A DNA stretch of 64,000 nucleotides from an uncultured delta proteobacterium (GTDB lineage: Bacteria; Desulfobacterota; Zymogenia; Zymogenales; Zymogenaceae). A program made the position numbers and the translations under genes. The stretch's first letter is position 1. Each line of letters starts with the position of its first letter. The DNA lies in NCBI GenBank assembly GCA_963735595.1, contig CAVTLK010000002.1, positions 544,001-608,000 of the forward strand. The letters run 5' to 3'. Below the pieces are notes generated by a model. It had not been told where the DNA came from. It searched no databases and was given only the letters and a program-made list of their open reading frames with translations. Of this stretch, positions 28,987-38,354 are shown piece by piece.

Positions 28987-30180
28987 CAGCCATATTAATA
29001 TAAGAATGAGAATTGGGAGGATTAGTATGAAAAGAGTTACCTTGTTGCTTATTATCGCCGTCCTGGCGGCCGGTCTTACCCTCTCAGGGTGTAATGCCGT
29101 CAACGACATGTTTGGCAAGCTTTTCGGCAAGGGGCAGCCCAACGCACCCCAGGGTCCCGGCGGTCCGACGATGCCGGGCGGCCCGACGATGCCGTACGGC
29201 GGCGGCGGAGTTACCGAGAGCGGCTACCTCTCCGGCCCGGGGGGGTCCTACACGTTTACCATAAACGCGGGAAGCGTCCAATACCTCGAAGTTCCCTTCA
29301 CCTACCCGGTCGGGTCGGTGGACTTCTGGGTTAAGGTCGTCGGGCAGGACGGTTACACCGTGCTGGGCGATTTTGACCTGGACAACGGCGAGATCATCCA
29401 GCTTTCCGGCGGCGGCACCTTCTATCTCACGGTCTATTCACGGATGGGCGCGGGCAACTGGTCCGCCACCTATAACCTTGCCGGCGGCGGAGGCGGTGTG
29501 GTAGGCGGCGGGGGCGGCACCGGCAACTGCACCGTCGTTGGCAACTCGGTCAACGGCTACCTTTCCGGCCCCGGTGATTCGTGCAAGTTCACGATCAACG
29601 GCGGCTCCAAGACGTATATCGAAGTGCCCTTTACGTACCCTGTCGGCTCGGTGGACTTCTGGGTCGAGGTTGTGGGCCAGGACGGTTACACCGTTCTAGG
29701 AGATTTTGACCTGGACAACGGCTCGGTCATCCAGCTTTCCGGCGGCGGAACCTTCTACCTGACAATATACTCAAACAACGGTGCAGGCAGCTGGTCCTGT
29801 AACTGGCAATAACAACTCAAAGGAGATACCATGAAGAAGCTATTTACCGCTATTATGCTTGCGGCGGTCGTTTTTGCCCTCGTTCTTCCCGGCTGCGGGA
29901 ACAAGGAACCCGAGGTTCCGGTAGGACCCGGACCGGCCGTTCCCCCGATGGGTCCGGTAGCCCCCGGCTCTCACTATGAGGGCGGGTACCTGGCCGGCCC
30001 CGGCGCCTCGTACACGTTTACCGTGAACGCCGGAAGCGTCACCTACCTTGAAGTTCCTTTCACGTATCCGGCTGGGTCGGTGGACTTCTGGGTAAAGGTG
30101 GTCGGGCAGGACGGCTATACCGTTCTGGGCGATTTTGACCTGGACAACGGCGAGATCATCCAGCTTTCCGGCGGCGGCAC
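28567..30180 (+). repeat. five dispersed intragenic repeats encoding FDLDNG(EI/SV)IQLSGGGT
   Basis: Copies start at 28567, 28882, 29372, 29705 and 30134. Copies 2, 3 and 5 are identical over 47 nt. Confidence 0.9.
29027..29812 (+). CDS. lipoprotein with two PPC-like repeat domains
   Basis: GGGAGG RBS; lipobox LSGC; Pro/Gly linker (GGPTMP x2); two copies of the same domain. Confidence 0.88.
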   Translation: MKRVTLLLIIAVLAAGLTLSGCNAVNDMFGKLFGKGQPNAPQGPGGPTMPGGPTMPYGGGGVTESGYLSGPGGSYTFTINAGSVQYLEVPFTYPVGSVDFWVKVVGQDGYTVLGDFDLDNGEIIQLSGGGTFYLTVYSRMGAGNWSATYNLAGGGGGVVGGGGGTGNCTVVGNSVNGYLSGPGDSCKFTINGGSKTYIEVPFTYPVGSVDFWVEVVGQDGYTVLGDFDLDNGSVIQLSGGGTFYLTIYSNNGAGSWSCNWQ

Positions 30181-30238
30181 GTTCTACGTGACGGTCTATT
30201 CAAAAATGGGCGCCGGCAACTGGAGCGCGACGTACTAA
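29831..30238 (+). CDS. lipoprotein with one PPC-like repeat domain
   Basis: AAGGAG RBS; lipobox LPGC; Pro-rich linker; one copy of the domain. Confidence 0.88.
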   Translation: MKKLFTAIMLAAVVFALVLPGCGNKEPEVPVGPGPAVPPMGPVAPGSHYEGGYLAGPGASYTFTVNAGSVTYLEVPFTYPAGSVDFWVKVVGQDGYTVLGDFDLDNGEIIQLSGGGTFYVTVYSKMGAGNWSATY

Positions 30239-30258
30239 CCGAGACCTGTTAGATAACG

Positions 30259-30286
30259 AAAAGGGGGGCATCAGCCCCCCTTTTTT
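30259..30286. terminator. bidirectional rho-independent terminator
   Basis: aaaaggggggc-atca-gcccccctttttt between convergent operons. Confidence 0.85.
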
Positions 30287-30298
30287 ATCTGCGTGTCT

Positions 30299-30997
30299 TT
30301 ATCTGCATATATTCAGGCTCGGGAGCTTGTCGCAGATCCCCAGGTCCACCGCCTTCTCGTAGTCCCTTCGCGCCTCGTCGTATTTCCCCATCCGTTCCAG
30401 CGCCCGGCCCCGGTTGTAGTAGGCCTCCGGCCTATTCGGGTTGATCTCAATGGCCATAGTAAAGTCGAGGACCGCCCGGTACGGCTTATCCCCCAACAGA
30501 TAGAGGCTGCCGCGGTTGTTGTAGTAGCGGTCATTATCGGGATCGATGTCGATTGCGAGCGAATACTCGAGTATCGCCAGGTCGTTGAACCCGAGGATAT
30601 CCATCAGGAAACCGCGCTTGTAGTGCGCTTCGGGGCCGGTGGAGTAAAGGCAGAGGCCCGAGATATAGTCCCACTTCATTTGGGCCAGACTCGTGTCGAG
30701 GAGTTCGTGCCAGAAGTGGGCGGGCGTGTGCGGAGCCGTTTTTCGGCAGGTACCGTTGACGAGGCCGGCCTCGTGGTACCGGAAGGAATCGGCGAGGTAT
30801 CCCGGGACGTTCATCTCATCCTGGAAGGGGTGCTGGTTGGGTCGATCGGTGGGAGAAGCGGGAACGGCGCCGGTGAAGACCGGCGCCGTGCTATGGAATG
30901 CGGACAGGCATCCGGAGAATTGAATCGATGCCAGCAGGATGGTTATCACAAACAGCGGTATGGTTATAGGGAAGCGACCAACGCCGTCATGCCGCAC
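30299..30997 (-). CDS. TPR-repeat lipoprotein
   Basis: Lipobox-like FSGC; TPRs AHYKRG, YYNNRG and AYYNRG. Confidence 0.75.
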   Translation of the reverse strand: MRHDGVGRFPITIPLFVITILLASIQFSGCLSAFHSTAPVFTGAVPASPTDRPNQHPFQDEMNVPGYLADSFRYHEAGLVNGTCRKTAPHTPAHFWHELLDTSLAQMKWDYISGLCLYSTGPEAHYKRGFLMDILGFNDLAILEYSLAIDIDPDNDRYYNNRGSLYLLGDKPYRAVLDFTMAIEINPNRPEAYYNRGRALERMGKYDEARRDYEKAVDLGICDKLPSLNICR

Positions 30998-31001
30998 GTC
31001 T

Positions 31002-31739
31002 CTACCTCACGTCACCCGCCGCGATCTTCAGGTGCCGCTCGATGACGTAGCAGGAATCATCCCCCTTCTTGCAGAGGTCGACCGCGTCCTTGAGAACCGT
31101 TCTGGCCTCCTCCACCCTTCCCATCTTCAGGAGCACCCACCCCTTTGTATCGAGGAAGGCGGCGCTTTTCGGATCGGTTTTCAGCGCGGATTCGATAAGC
31201 GTGAGGGCTTCGGTAAGGCGATCCCCCTTCTGGGCGAGGCAGTAGGCAAGGAAGTTATCGACCTGCGCCGGGGAGATCACGTCCTCCGGCAGGGGCGATT
31301 TGCGGTAGTCCTCGATAAAGCCGATGAACTCGTCGGTAACATCGAGCATCGGCCCGGACAGCCCCAGCCGGTCGTAAATATCGAGTATCGAGCCGTAGGC
31401 GCCGAAGATAATCCTGGCGGCCTTTTCCCGGTCCGTGACGATCTCGCGCTTTGCGCGGGCAAGCGCCTCATGGTAGTTGATGAGGGCGGTGTTGTCGTTG
31501 TTCAGCATGACGTAACAGCGCCCCAGCTGCATGTGTATAAGCGCGATCAGGAGGCTCTCTTCGGGGGCCTTGGCCGTTACCAGGGAAAGCCCCTCCTCAT
31601 AATAGAGCGAGGCCGAGCGATAGTCTCCCTTTTCGAAGAGCTTGTCACCCGTTGTCATCAGGGAATCCAGGTCCTGGGCATGCGCCGCGGCGGCCGCCAG
31701 CATCAGCGCGATAATGCAAATAATTGTTGCTCGTTTCAC
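31002..31739 (-). CDS. secreted TPR-repeat protein
   Basis: Signal peptide ending AHA; TPR helices; C-terminal N.LAY...LDTKGWV motif. Confidence 0.8.
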   Translation of the reverse strand: MKRATIICIIALMLAAAAAHAQDLDSLMTTGDKLFEKGDYRSASLYYEEGLSLVTAKAPEESLLIALIHMQLGRCYVMLNNDNTALINYHEALARAKREIVTDREKAARIIFGAYGSILDIYDRLGLSGPMLDVTDEFIGFIEDYRKSPLPEDVISPAQVDNFLAYCLAQKGDRLTEALTLIESALKTDPKSAAFLDTKGWVLLKMGRVEEARTVLKDAVDLCKKGDDSCYVIERHLKIAAGDVR

Positions 31740-31785
31740 CGGTTGTTTACCTTTCAGTGGTTTGTTGCTATTGTACGTATTGTCC

Positions 31786-32635
31786 TTATTGAACGGGCGT
31801 CCTGTTGAAGTTTATGATCGATTTATCGAGGTCTATCTCCTGCACCCCGTGGGGTGGCGCCAGTGAAAAACGGGAATCATCGATCGGCGTGCCCGCTTCG
31901 ATATCTTTGTAGCTGATGCCGATCGTGACGAAGGTTCCCGCATCGGGGACCTTATACGAAAGGGTCATGGGAAGGGTCTTGCCGCCTGTTTGAGAGAAAT
32001 CGTCGAAGACGCCGTCGATAATCAGGTTATTGTCGGCGTCATAGAGCCGCATTTTCACGATCGAAAAGGTCCTTGCGTCAACGGTCAACACCGCCATGCC
32101 CCGTGGGGGGGCCTCGGGCAGCAGCGTCAACTCATACATGCCGGAAAGCGCGTCAAACGTCATCCCCCTGGCGAAATAGCCTGAAAGGTCCACCCGTCCC
32201 TGCAGGAGACCGACGATGTCGGCCGCCTTGAACGGGAGGGGTATCAGGAGCGAGAGGTTCTTCCTGGAAGCCAGGCCCGAATAGAACCGGTTCTCCATCG
32301 GGGAATATATAAAGACCCTCTTGAGATCGGTGGTCAGAAAGAGGAGGGTCTCCCCGAGGGGACCCATGGTCTCCAACCGCAGGAATGAGGGCTTCTTTGG
32401 AGAAGATTATCTCAGTGACGCGGTAATTGTCGGCCGGGGAGGAGACGGATACGCGGGCCTGGGCGCGCAGCGTATCGTGGATAGGATTAGCCAGGCGCGT
32501 TCTATCAAGAAGCTCAGAGACGTCTTTTACGACGACAATGGGAAGCTGGGGTCTGGGCTCTACCCCGGTGCAGGCGACGATCAGCAACACGAGGAAGACA
32601 GACGTGAGGAACCGGACGCGCCTACAGGAGCTCAT
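31786..32635 (-). CDS. LolB-like / DUF4292 lipoprotein (frameshift near 32395)
   Basis: Lipobox IVAC. Removing one A from the aaag run restores ..KKPSFLRLETMGPLG. Beta-rich LolA/LolB-like fold ending F....P.GV. Confidence 0.7.
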
Positions 32636-34361
32636 CGATCTTCTTGCCTTCCTTGAGGTGGTCTATCTTCATCTTGAGTTTTTCGATCTGGAAATCTTCC
32701 GGTCCCAGCTCCCAGGCCTTCAGGTAGAAGGGAAGGGCCTTATCGACCTGCCCCAACCGGTAATTCACGTCCCCCATATGCTCGTTTACCACCGGGTCGT
32801 CCGGCATGAGGGCATACGCCCGGGAGAGCTCGGTGAAAGCCGCGGCGTAATTGCCCGTCCTGAAGTAAACCCACCCGAGGCTGTCAATGATATAGCCTTC
32901 CTCCGGCTGGAGGCGCAGCGCCTTGTCAATGAGCTGCTTGGCTTCGTCGAGGTTTATACCGAGATCGGCATAGGTATAGCCGAGATAATTGAGGGCGTCG
33001 GCATTCTCGGGGTCTTTGACGACGACCTCCTTAAGCACCGTTATGGCTTTCGTCTTGTCTCCCGAAAGGTCCAGGACGGTTCCGTAGTAGAAGAGGTGCC
33101 GGACCTCATCGGGCTCAAGCTTCATCGCCTTGTTGATCTCAACAATGGCCTTATCATACTGCTTGGCCTCAAGCCAGAGAGAAGAAAGTATATGATGCAG
33201 CCCGGCGTCGCCGGGCTTTACCGCCAGTGCGTCCTCGATCGCCTCTTTTGCGCCATCGATGTCTTTCCGCTCCTGCCGGATATAGGCGGTATGGATCTTG
33301 GCGTCAACGAATAGCTCCGACGACCTGGGGATCGCGTCAAACTGGGTGAGGGCCTCGTCGCCCCTTTCCAGCTTCTCGTAGGTCGCTCCAAGGTAGTAGA
33401 TGATCTTATCGGCCCCGGGATTTTTGGCCAGCAGTTTTTCGAACTCTTCGGCGGCGGCTTCATACCGCTCCATCTCGAAGTAAATGAGCCCGAGCTGCAG
33501 CGCCACGTCGTCCTGCCCGGAGCCCCCAAGGCCCAACTCCTGGAATTCCCGGACGGCGTCTTCGAGGCGGTTAAGCTGGATATAGATCCTTGCCAGGTGT
33601 TCCCTCAGGAGGGTATTGTCGGGATAGATAGTGAGGATACTCGAAAAGGTCTTGGCGGCCTTTTCGTAGTCTCCCCGGTCTTCGTAAATAAGGGCAAGAC
33701 CGAGTATGGCCGTCTCATTTTCCGGATCCAGGGAAAGCGCCTTGAGATAGTATTTCTCCGCCTGATCCTTATCTCCCCGGGACAGCTCTATCTTGCCCAT
33801 GAGATAGTAGATATCGGAGTTCTTCGGATCGATCGTTAGATATCTCCTCAGGGTAGCGATGCCGGCGCCGAATTCCTTGTTTTCTGTCTGGATTGCCGCC
33901 AGTTGTATATACGGGTCCCTATCCTTCGGGTCCAATATAATGAGCTGCTCGAGGATACTCTTGGCCTTTTCGACGTTCCCAAGGCCGGAATAGATCTCCG
34001 CCAGGAGCGTCAGCAGCTCTTTATCGCGAGGTGAAACGGCCAGCCCCTTTTCGGCCGCGGCCGCCGCTGCGTTAAGGTTCCCGGTCTTGGCGTACAGCTC
34101 CGCCAGCTCCAGGTGGAGCATCGTTGCCTGTGGGTCGTACTCTATGGCCTTCTCGTATTCTGCGATGGAGCGGGGATAGTCTCCATTCCACAGCGACGTG
34201 CGCGCCGCCAAAAAGTAGTAGTAGGCCATACTCTGGGGCGTGGCGATGCTTTCCGGAATCCAGTTATCCTGTTTCGTATAGGTGGAGCCGGTAGAAAGGG
34301 AACATGAGGCGCTCAGCGCGCCGAGACAAAGGACAACGGCCAGCGTTCTCCAGTATTTCAT
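32622..34361 (-). CDS. large TPR-repeat lipoprotein
   Basis: Lipobox SASC; more than 10 TPRs; ALNYLGY..AD....L..A...I.KAL...P..GYIIDSLGWVY motif. Confidence 0.9.
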   Translation of the reverse strand: MKYWRTLAVVLCLGALSASCSLSTGSTYTKQDNWIPESIATPQSMAYYYFLAARTSLWNGDYPRSIAEYEKAIEYDPQATMLHLELAELYAKTGNLNAAAAAAEKGLAVSPRDKELLTLLAEIYSGLGNVEKAKSILEQLIILDPKDRDPYIQLAAIQTENKEFGAGIATLRRYLTIDPKNSDIYYLMGKIELSRGDKDQAEKYYLKALSLDPENETAILGLALIYEDRGDYEKAAKTFSSILTIYPDNTLLREHLARIYIQLNRLEDAVREFQELGLGGSGQDDVALQLGLIYFEMERYEAAAEEFEKLLAKNPGADKIIYYLGATYEKLERGDEALTQFDAIPRSSELFVDAKIHTAYIRQERKDIDGAKEAIEDALAVKPGDAGLHHILSSLWLEAKQYDKAIVEINKAMKLEPDEVRHLFYYGTVLDLSGDKTKAITVLKEVVVKDPENADALNYLGYTYADLGINLDEAKQLIDKALRLQPEEGYIIDSLGWVYFRTGNYAAAFTELSRAYALMPDDPVVNEHMGDVNYRLGQVDKALPFYLKAWELGPEDFQIEKLKMKIDHLKEGKKIDELL

Positions 34362-34387
34362 GACAGTGCCTCTACGTTATTTTGATA

Positions 34388-34416
34388 ATTATATCGAAGA
34401 TTTTCCCGTGAGTCAA
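34388..34416 (-). promoter_or_regulatory. sigma70 promoter of the TPR operon
   Basis: Minus strand reads TTGACT-N17-TATAAT. Confidence 0.7.
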
Positions 34417-34628
34417 TTGATTTAGAGTCTGATGCTATGTAAACGAGGGGGAAATCTCGACGAGGGCGGGCTCGGGCGTCACGGGAGCGAGATCGGAGCG
34501 ATCCTTTTCAGTTACACGTGCGTGACCGGTTGCGACAGACAGGAGCTTTTCGACTAACGTTTATCGCGCCGGCCGCCCATCATTTATCGGGAAACGACAA
34601 TAACCGGCGGTTATGCGATATATTTTCC

Positions 34629-34691
34629 TTGACAGTGGGGGTAAATGGGGCTATAGTTTGGTAAAAAGTGGCATAAAGTGGGATAAAGAGG
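34629..34691 (+). promoter_or_regulatory. dcw promoter with MraZ-binding repeats
   Basis: TTGACA-N17-TATAGT at 34629-34657. AAAGTGG, AAAGTGG and AAAGAGG at 34665, 34675 and 34685 (10-bp period), plus GTGG/ATGG at 34635/34645. Confidence 0.8.
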
Positions 34692-34866
34692 GGACGGGAG
34701 GTAGAAAAAGCCATTCAGCGGGGTTGCAGGGTACATGGCGGGGAGGCAAACCATATCGGATTGGGGATAGCGTCGTGAAGAGGGCAAGACGGCCGCTCGG
34801 CCCCATTACGGCCGATATCGGGACCGGGCCGATAAGCCGCCTGCGGCGGCAACAGTCGGAGGGATC

Positions 34867-35298
34867 GTGTTTCGGGGAAACTTTGAGCATGTGATAGACC
34901 AGAAAGGTCGGGTCAGCATCCCCTCCCGGTTTCGGGAGGTGCTCAGGGAGAGCTACGCCGAGACGCTGGTCATATCCCGGTCGGACGGGTGCCTCGTGGC
35001 CTATCCCGAAGCGGAATGGGCAAAGATGGAGCAGAAGATCGCCGATCTTCCCCAGCTTAAGAAAAACGTCATTGCCGCCCAGCGGTTCCTCATCTCGTCG
35101 GCCGTTGAGTGTCCCGTGGATAAGCAGGGCAGGATTCTGATCCCGCAATACCTGAGGAGCCATGCGGCGCTCGTCAAAGATGTCGTGTTTGCCGGTATGA
35201 TCAACCGGGTCGAGATATGGGCCAAGGACCGGTGGGAGGATGAATTGAAAAGGACCTCCGATATCTTCAGCGATATCGGGGAGACCCTCGGGATTTAG
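34867..35298 (+). CDS. mraZ: division/cell wall cluster transcriptional repressor MraZ
   Basis: DQKGRVSIP and DKQGRILIP (DxxxR twice); first gene of the dcw cluster. Confidence 0.95.
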   Translation: MFRGNFEHVIDQKGRVSIPSRFREVLRESYAETLVISRSDGCLVAYPEAEWAKMEQKIADLPQLKKNVIAAQRFLISSAVECPVDKQGRILIPQYLRSHAALVKDVVFAGMINRVEIWAKDRWEDELKRTSDIFSDIGETLGI

Positions 35299-35306
35299 GT
35301 TCCGGT

Positions 35307-36224
35307 ATGGATCAGACTCTCCACCGGCCGGTTATGGTGCGGGAGGTGCTCTACTACCTCCAGCCCCGTGACCAGGGCGTTTACTTCGACGCAACCGTGG
35401 GTATGGGGGGGCACGCCGCGGCAATCCTGGAGGCCTCGGGGCCCGGGGGCAGGGTCATCGGTGTGGACCTGGATCCCGACGCTGCGGCAACGGCCCAGGT
35501 AAATCTCGCCCGTTTCGGCGAGAGAACGAAAATTTATCATGCAAATTATACGCAATTGGAGTATATTTCCCGGTTGGCCTCGGTTGCCCGTCTTGACGGG
35601 ATTGTCATGGACCTTGGGATAGGCTCGCATCAGCTGGACGCCGGTGACCGGGGATTTTCGCTCGATCTGGACGGCCCCCTGGATATGCGGTACGACAGGG
35701 GCGCGGGGCGGTCGGCCGGCGAGGTCATCGCCCGGCTCAATGAAAAGGAGCTTGCCGGCATAATCGACCGCTACGGTGAGGAGAGGAGGTCGCGGGCGGT
35801 CGCCCGGGCCATCGTCAGGGCGCGCGAGAAAAAGAAGATAGAAAGCACCCGGGAGCTTGCCGCGATCGTCGTGCGGGCGATCGGGACACCGGGAAGATGG
35901 CGCATCCACCCCGCCACGAGGACCTTCATGGCGCTGAGGATCTCGGTTAATGATGAGCTGGGGAGCCTGGAGCGATTTATCGGCGCCTCGGCACGCTGCC
36001 TGGCCCCTAACGGAAGGATGGTCATCATATCGTTTCACTCGCTGGAAGACCGGATCGTCAAGATGTCTTTCCGCGAGCTTGGGGCCAAGGGTGACGACGG
36101 CAGCGCCCCGTTGTTCGCGATCCTGACCAAGAAACCGATAGTGCCGGACGAGAGCGAGGTCGCTCAGAATCCGAGGGCGCGCAGCGCCAAACTCAGGGCG
36201 ATTCAAAGGATACCGGATGGATAA
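35307..36224 (+). CDS. rsmH: 16S rRNA C1402 N4-methyltransferase
   Basis: H.PVM, DAT.G.GGH, RGFS....PLDMR, HPATRTF.ALRI.VN, SFHSLEDR and NPRARSAKLR motifs. Confidence 0.95.
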   Translation: MDQTLHRPVMVREVLYYLQPRDQGVYFDATVGMGGHAAAILEASGPGGRVIGVDLDPDAAATAQVNLARFGERTKIYHANYTQLEYISRLASVARLDGIVMDLGIGSHQLDAGDRGFSLDLDGPLDMRYDRGAGRSAGEVIARLNEKELAGIIDRYGEERRSRAVARAIVRAREKKKIESTRELAAIVVRAIGTPGRWRIHPATRTFMALRISVNDELGSLERFIGASARCLAPNGRMVIISFHSLEDRIVKMSFRELGAKGDDGSAPLFAILTKKPIVPDESEVAQNPRARSAKLRAIQRIPDG

Positions 36225-36552
36225 CGCCGTCTCATACGCCTCCATCATCCGCATCGATGGGCTCAATCGGATGCGGCAAAGTGAGCTTATCAGGCTTACT
36301 GCGCCGTACCTGATTGCGCTTGCTGCCGTCGCGTTTTCCCTTTTTCTCTATCTCTGGACCCGGGTATCGGTAACCACACTTAACTACGAGATAGCTCACC
36401 TTAAAGAGCATGAGCGGGCCCTCGCCCGGACCAACCGGGAACTCACGATAGAGCTTGATACGATAACGTCGCCGGCGAATCTCGAACGGATGGGAAGGGA
36501 GCGTTACTCCCTTACCTATCCGGACGACGCGTCGGTCATTATAGTACGGTGA
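36217..36552 (+). CDS. ftsL: cell division protein FtsL
   Basis: Position between rsmH and ftsI; single TM segment followed by a coiled coil. Confidence 0.8.
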   Translation: MDNAVSYASIIRIDGLNRMRQSELIRLTAPYLIALAAVAFSLFLYLWTRVSVTTLNYEIAHLKEHERALARTNRELTIELDTITSPANLERMGRERYSLTYPDDASVIIVR

Positions 36553-36555
36553 GAC

Positions 36556-38352
36556 GTGGTGCTCAAGGACCGTTCGATACGAGAGCGAAAAAAGAAGGAA
36601 GCCCGCATCTGGCTTCACTTCAGATTGCGGATCATCCTCGTGGTCTTTCTGATCCTGTTCGCGGCGCTGTTGATCCGGGTTGCCAAGCTTATGCTCGTCA
36701 ATCGGGAGGAGCTCTATTCGTACGCAGAAAAACAGCACCGGATCATATCCACCTATACGACCAAACGGGGAAACATCTACGACGTCAACGGCATGGACCT
36801 GGCGGTGAGCCTCGAAATGGACTCGGTATACGCCTGTCCGTACAAGATCACCGACCCGCGGAAGGCGGCCCGCCTCCTGGCGCGGACTCTTTCGATGGAC
36901 GAAGGCGAACTCTATGGACGGATCACGTCCGACAAGAACTTCGTCTGGATAAAACGCACGGTCTCGCCTAAAACTACCGAATCGGTAAAGGACCTGAAAC
37001 TCGAGGGGATTGGATTTGTCAATGAAGATAGGAGGTTTTTTCCCAACAGAAACCTCTGCAGCCACGTAATCGGATTCGTCGGGACCGACTCCCAGGGCCT
37101 GGCCGGGATAGAGTATGAGCTGGATCGCTATCTCAAGAGCACGGTAAGCCACTTTATCGCCGTCAGGGACGCGCGGGGAAACAGCCTCTTTGCCGTGGAC
37201 CCGACGGATGCGGAGGCGCTGAAGCGCTACGACGTATACCTGACCATCGATACCATGGTGCAATATATCGTCGAGCGGGAGCTGACCGCTGCCATTGAGC
37301 AGTATCGGGCCGAGGGCGGCTGTGTGATTGTGATGAACCCAAATTCGGGCGAAGTTATCGCGATGGCCTCCCGGCCCGACTACGACCCCAACAGGTTTCT
37401 TGATGCAAAACGGCCGAGCTGGAACAACCGGGCGGTCACGATGAACTTCGAGCCGGGGTCCACGCTCAAGATCTTTCTGGCGGCCGGCGTCATCGAAGAG
37501 GGTCTGGCAAAAAGGAACGACCGGTTCAATTGCGAGGGCGGAACGTATCAAATAGATAATGCCGTCTTTCATGACCACGGAGGGAGCTTTGACGCCCTGA
37601 GCTTTTCGGATATCGTCCGATACTCGAGCAACATCGGGGCCATAAAGCTGGGGCAGTTACTGGGGACCGATGAGCTCTACTCGTATCTCGCGGCCTTCGG
37701 GTTCGGAGAGCCGACGGGGATAACGCTGCCGGGGGAAGAGATCGGGATGATTATGCCGAAGAATTCCGTGCGGCCGGTGGACCTGGCCTCGATGTCGTTC
37801 GGGCAGGGCCTCTCGCTGACCCCGCTGCAGCTGATCACGGCCGCCTCCGTCATCGCCAACGGCGGGCTGTTGATGGAGCCGTATATGGTCGACCGGATCG
37901 TGGATGAAAACGGGGACGCGGTCGTCAAAACGTCCCCGAAGATAAAGAGACGGGTCATATCGCCCGAGACGGCCCGGATAGTCACGGAGATGATGGAGGG
38001 CGTGGTGGCGTCGGGAACCGGGGTATACGCGCGGGTCGCCGGCTTTGACGTAGCCGGCAAGACCGGTACGGCAGAGGTCTACGACCCGGCGACACGGACC
38101 TACTCGGAGACAGACTACACCGCCTCTTTCGTGGGTTTTTTGCCGGCCAAGAGCCCGCGGTTGATAATCCTGGTGGTCCTGGAAAACCCCCACACAAGTA
38201 TCTACGGCGGCGACGTGGCGGCCCCCGTATTCAAAAATATCGCGGGGGGGTTGATGAAGCGTATGACCGTCAATCCCGACGGGCCGTATCATAACGGGTC
38301 AAACGTAATCGACACCGGACGGGGATCGGCGGACTTTACTCCGCTGATGTAG
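36556..38352 (+). CDS. ftsI: division transpeptidase PBP3/FtsI
   Basis: RGNIYD; EPGSTLK (SxxK), SSN and KTG motifs. Confidence 0.92.
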   Translation: MVLKDRSIRERKKKEARIWLHFRLRIILVVFLILFAALLIRVAKLMLVNREELYSYAEKQHRIISTYTTKRGNIYDVNGMDLAVSLEMDSVYACPYKITDPRKAARLLARTLSMDEGELYGRITSDKNFVWIKRTVSPKTTESVKDLKLEGIGFVNEDRRFFPNRNLCSHVIGFVGTDSQGLAGIEYELDRYLKSTVSHFIAVRDARGNSLFAVDPTDAEALKRYDVYLTIDTMVQYIVERELTAAIEQYRAEGGCVIVMNPNSGEVIAMASRPDYDPNRFLDAKRPSWNNRAVTMNFEPGSTLKIFLAAGVIEEGLAKRNDRFNCEGGTYQIDNAVFHDHGGSFDALSFSDIVRYSSNIGAIKLGQLLGTDELYSYLAAFGFGEPTGITLPGEEIGMIMPKNSVRPVDLASMSFGQGLSLTPLQLITAASVIANGGLLMEPYMVDRIVDENGDAVVKTSPKIKRRVISPETARIVTEMMEGVVASGTGVYARVAGFDVAGKTGTAEVYDPATRTYSETDYTASFVGFLPAKSPRLIILVVLENPHTSIYGGDVAAPVFKNIAGGLMKRMTVNPDGPYHNGSNVIDTGRGSADFTPLM

Positions 38353-38354
38353 CG

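Noticed and set aside
28567..30180. Five near-identical repeats as a CRISPR array or DGR template/variable repeats
   Set aside because: All copies are in-frame coding sequence 315-490 nt apart. There is no cas or reverse transcriptase gene, and the differences are not adenine-specific.
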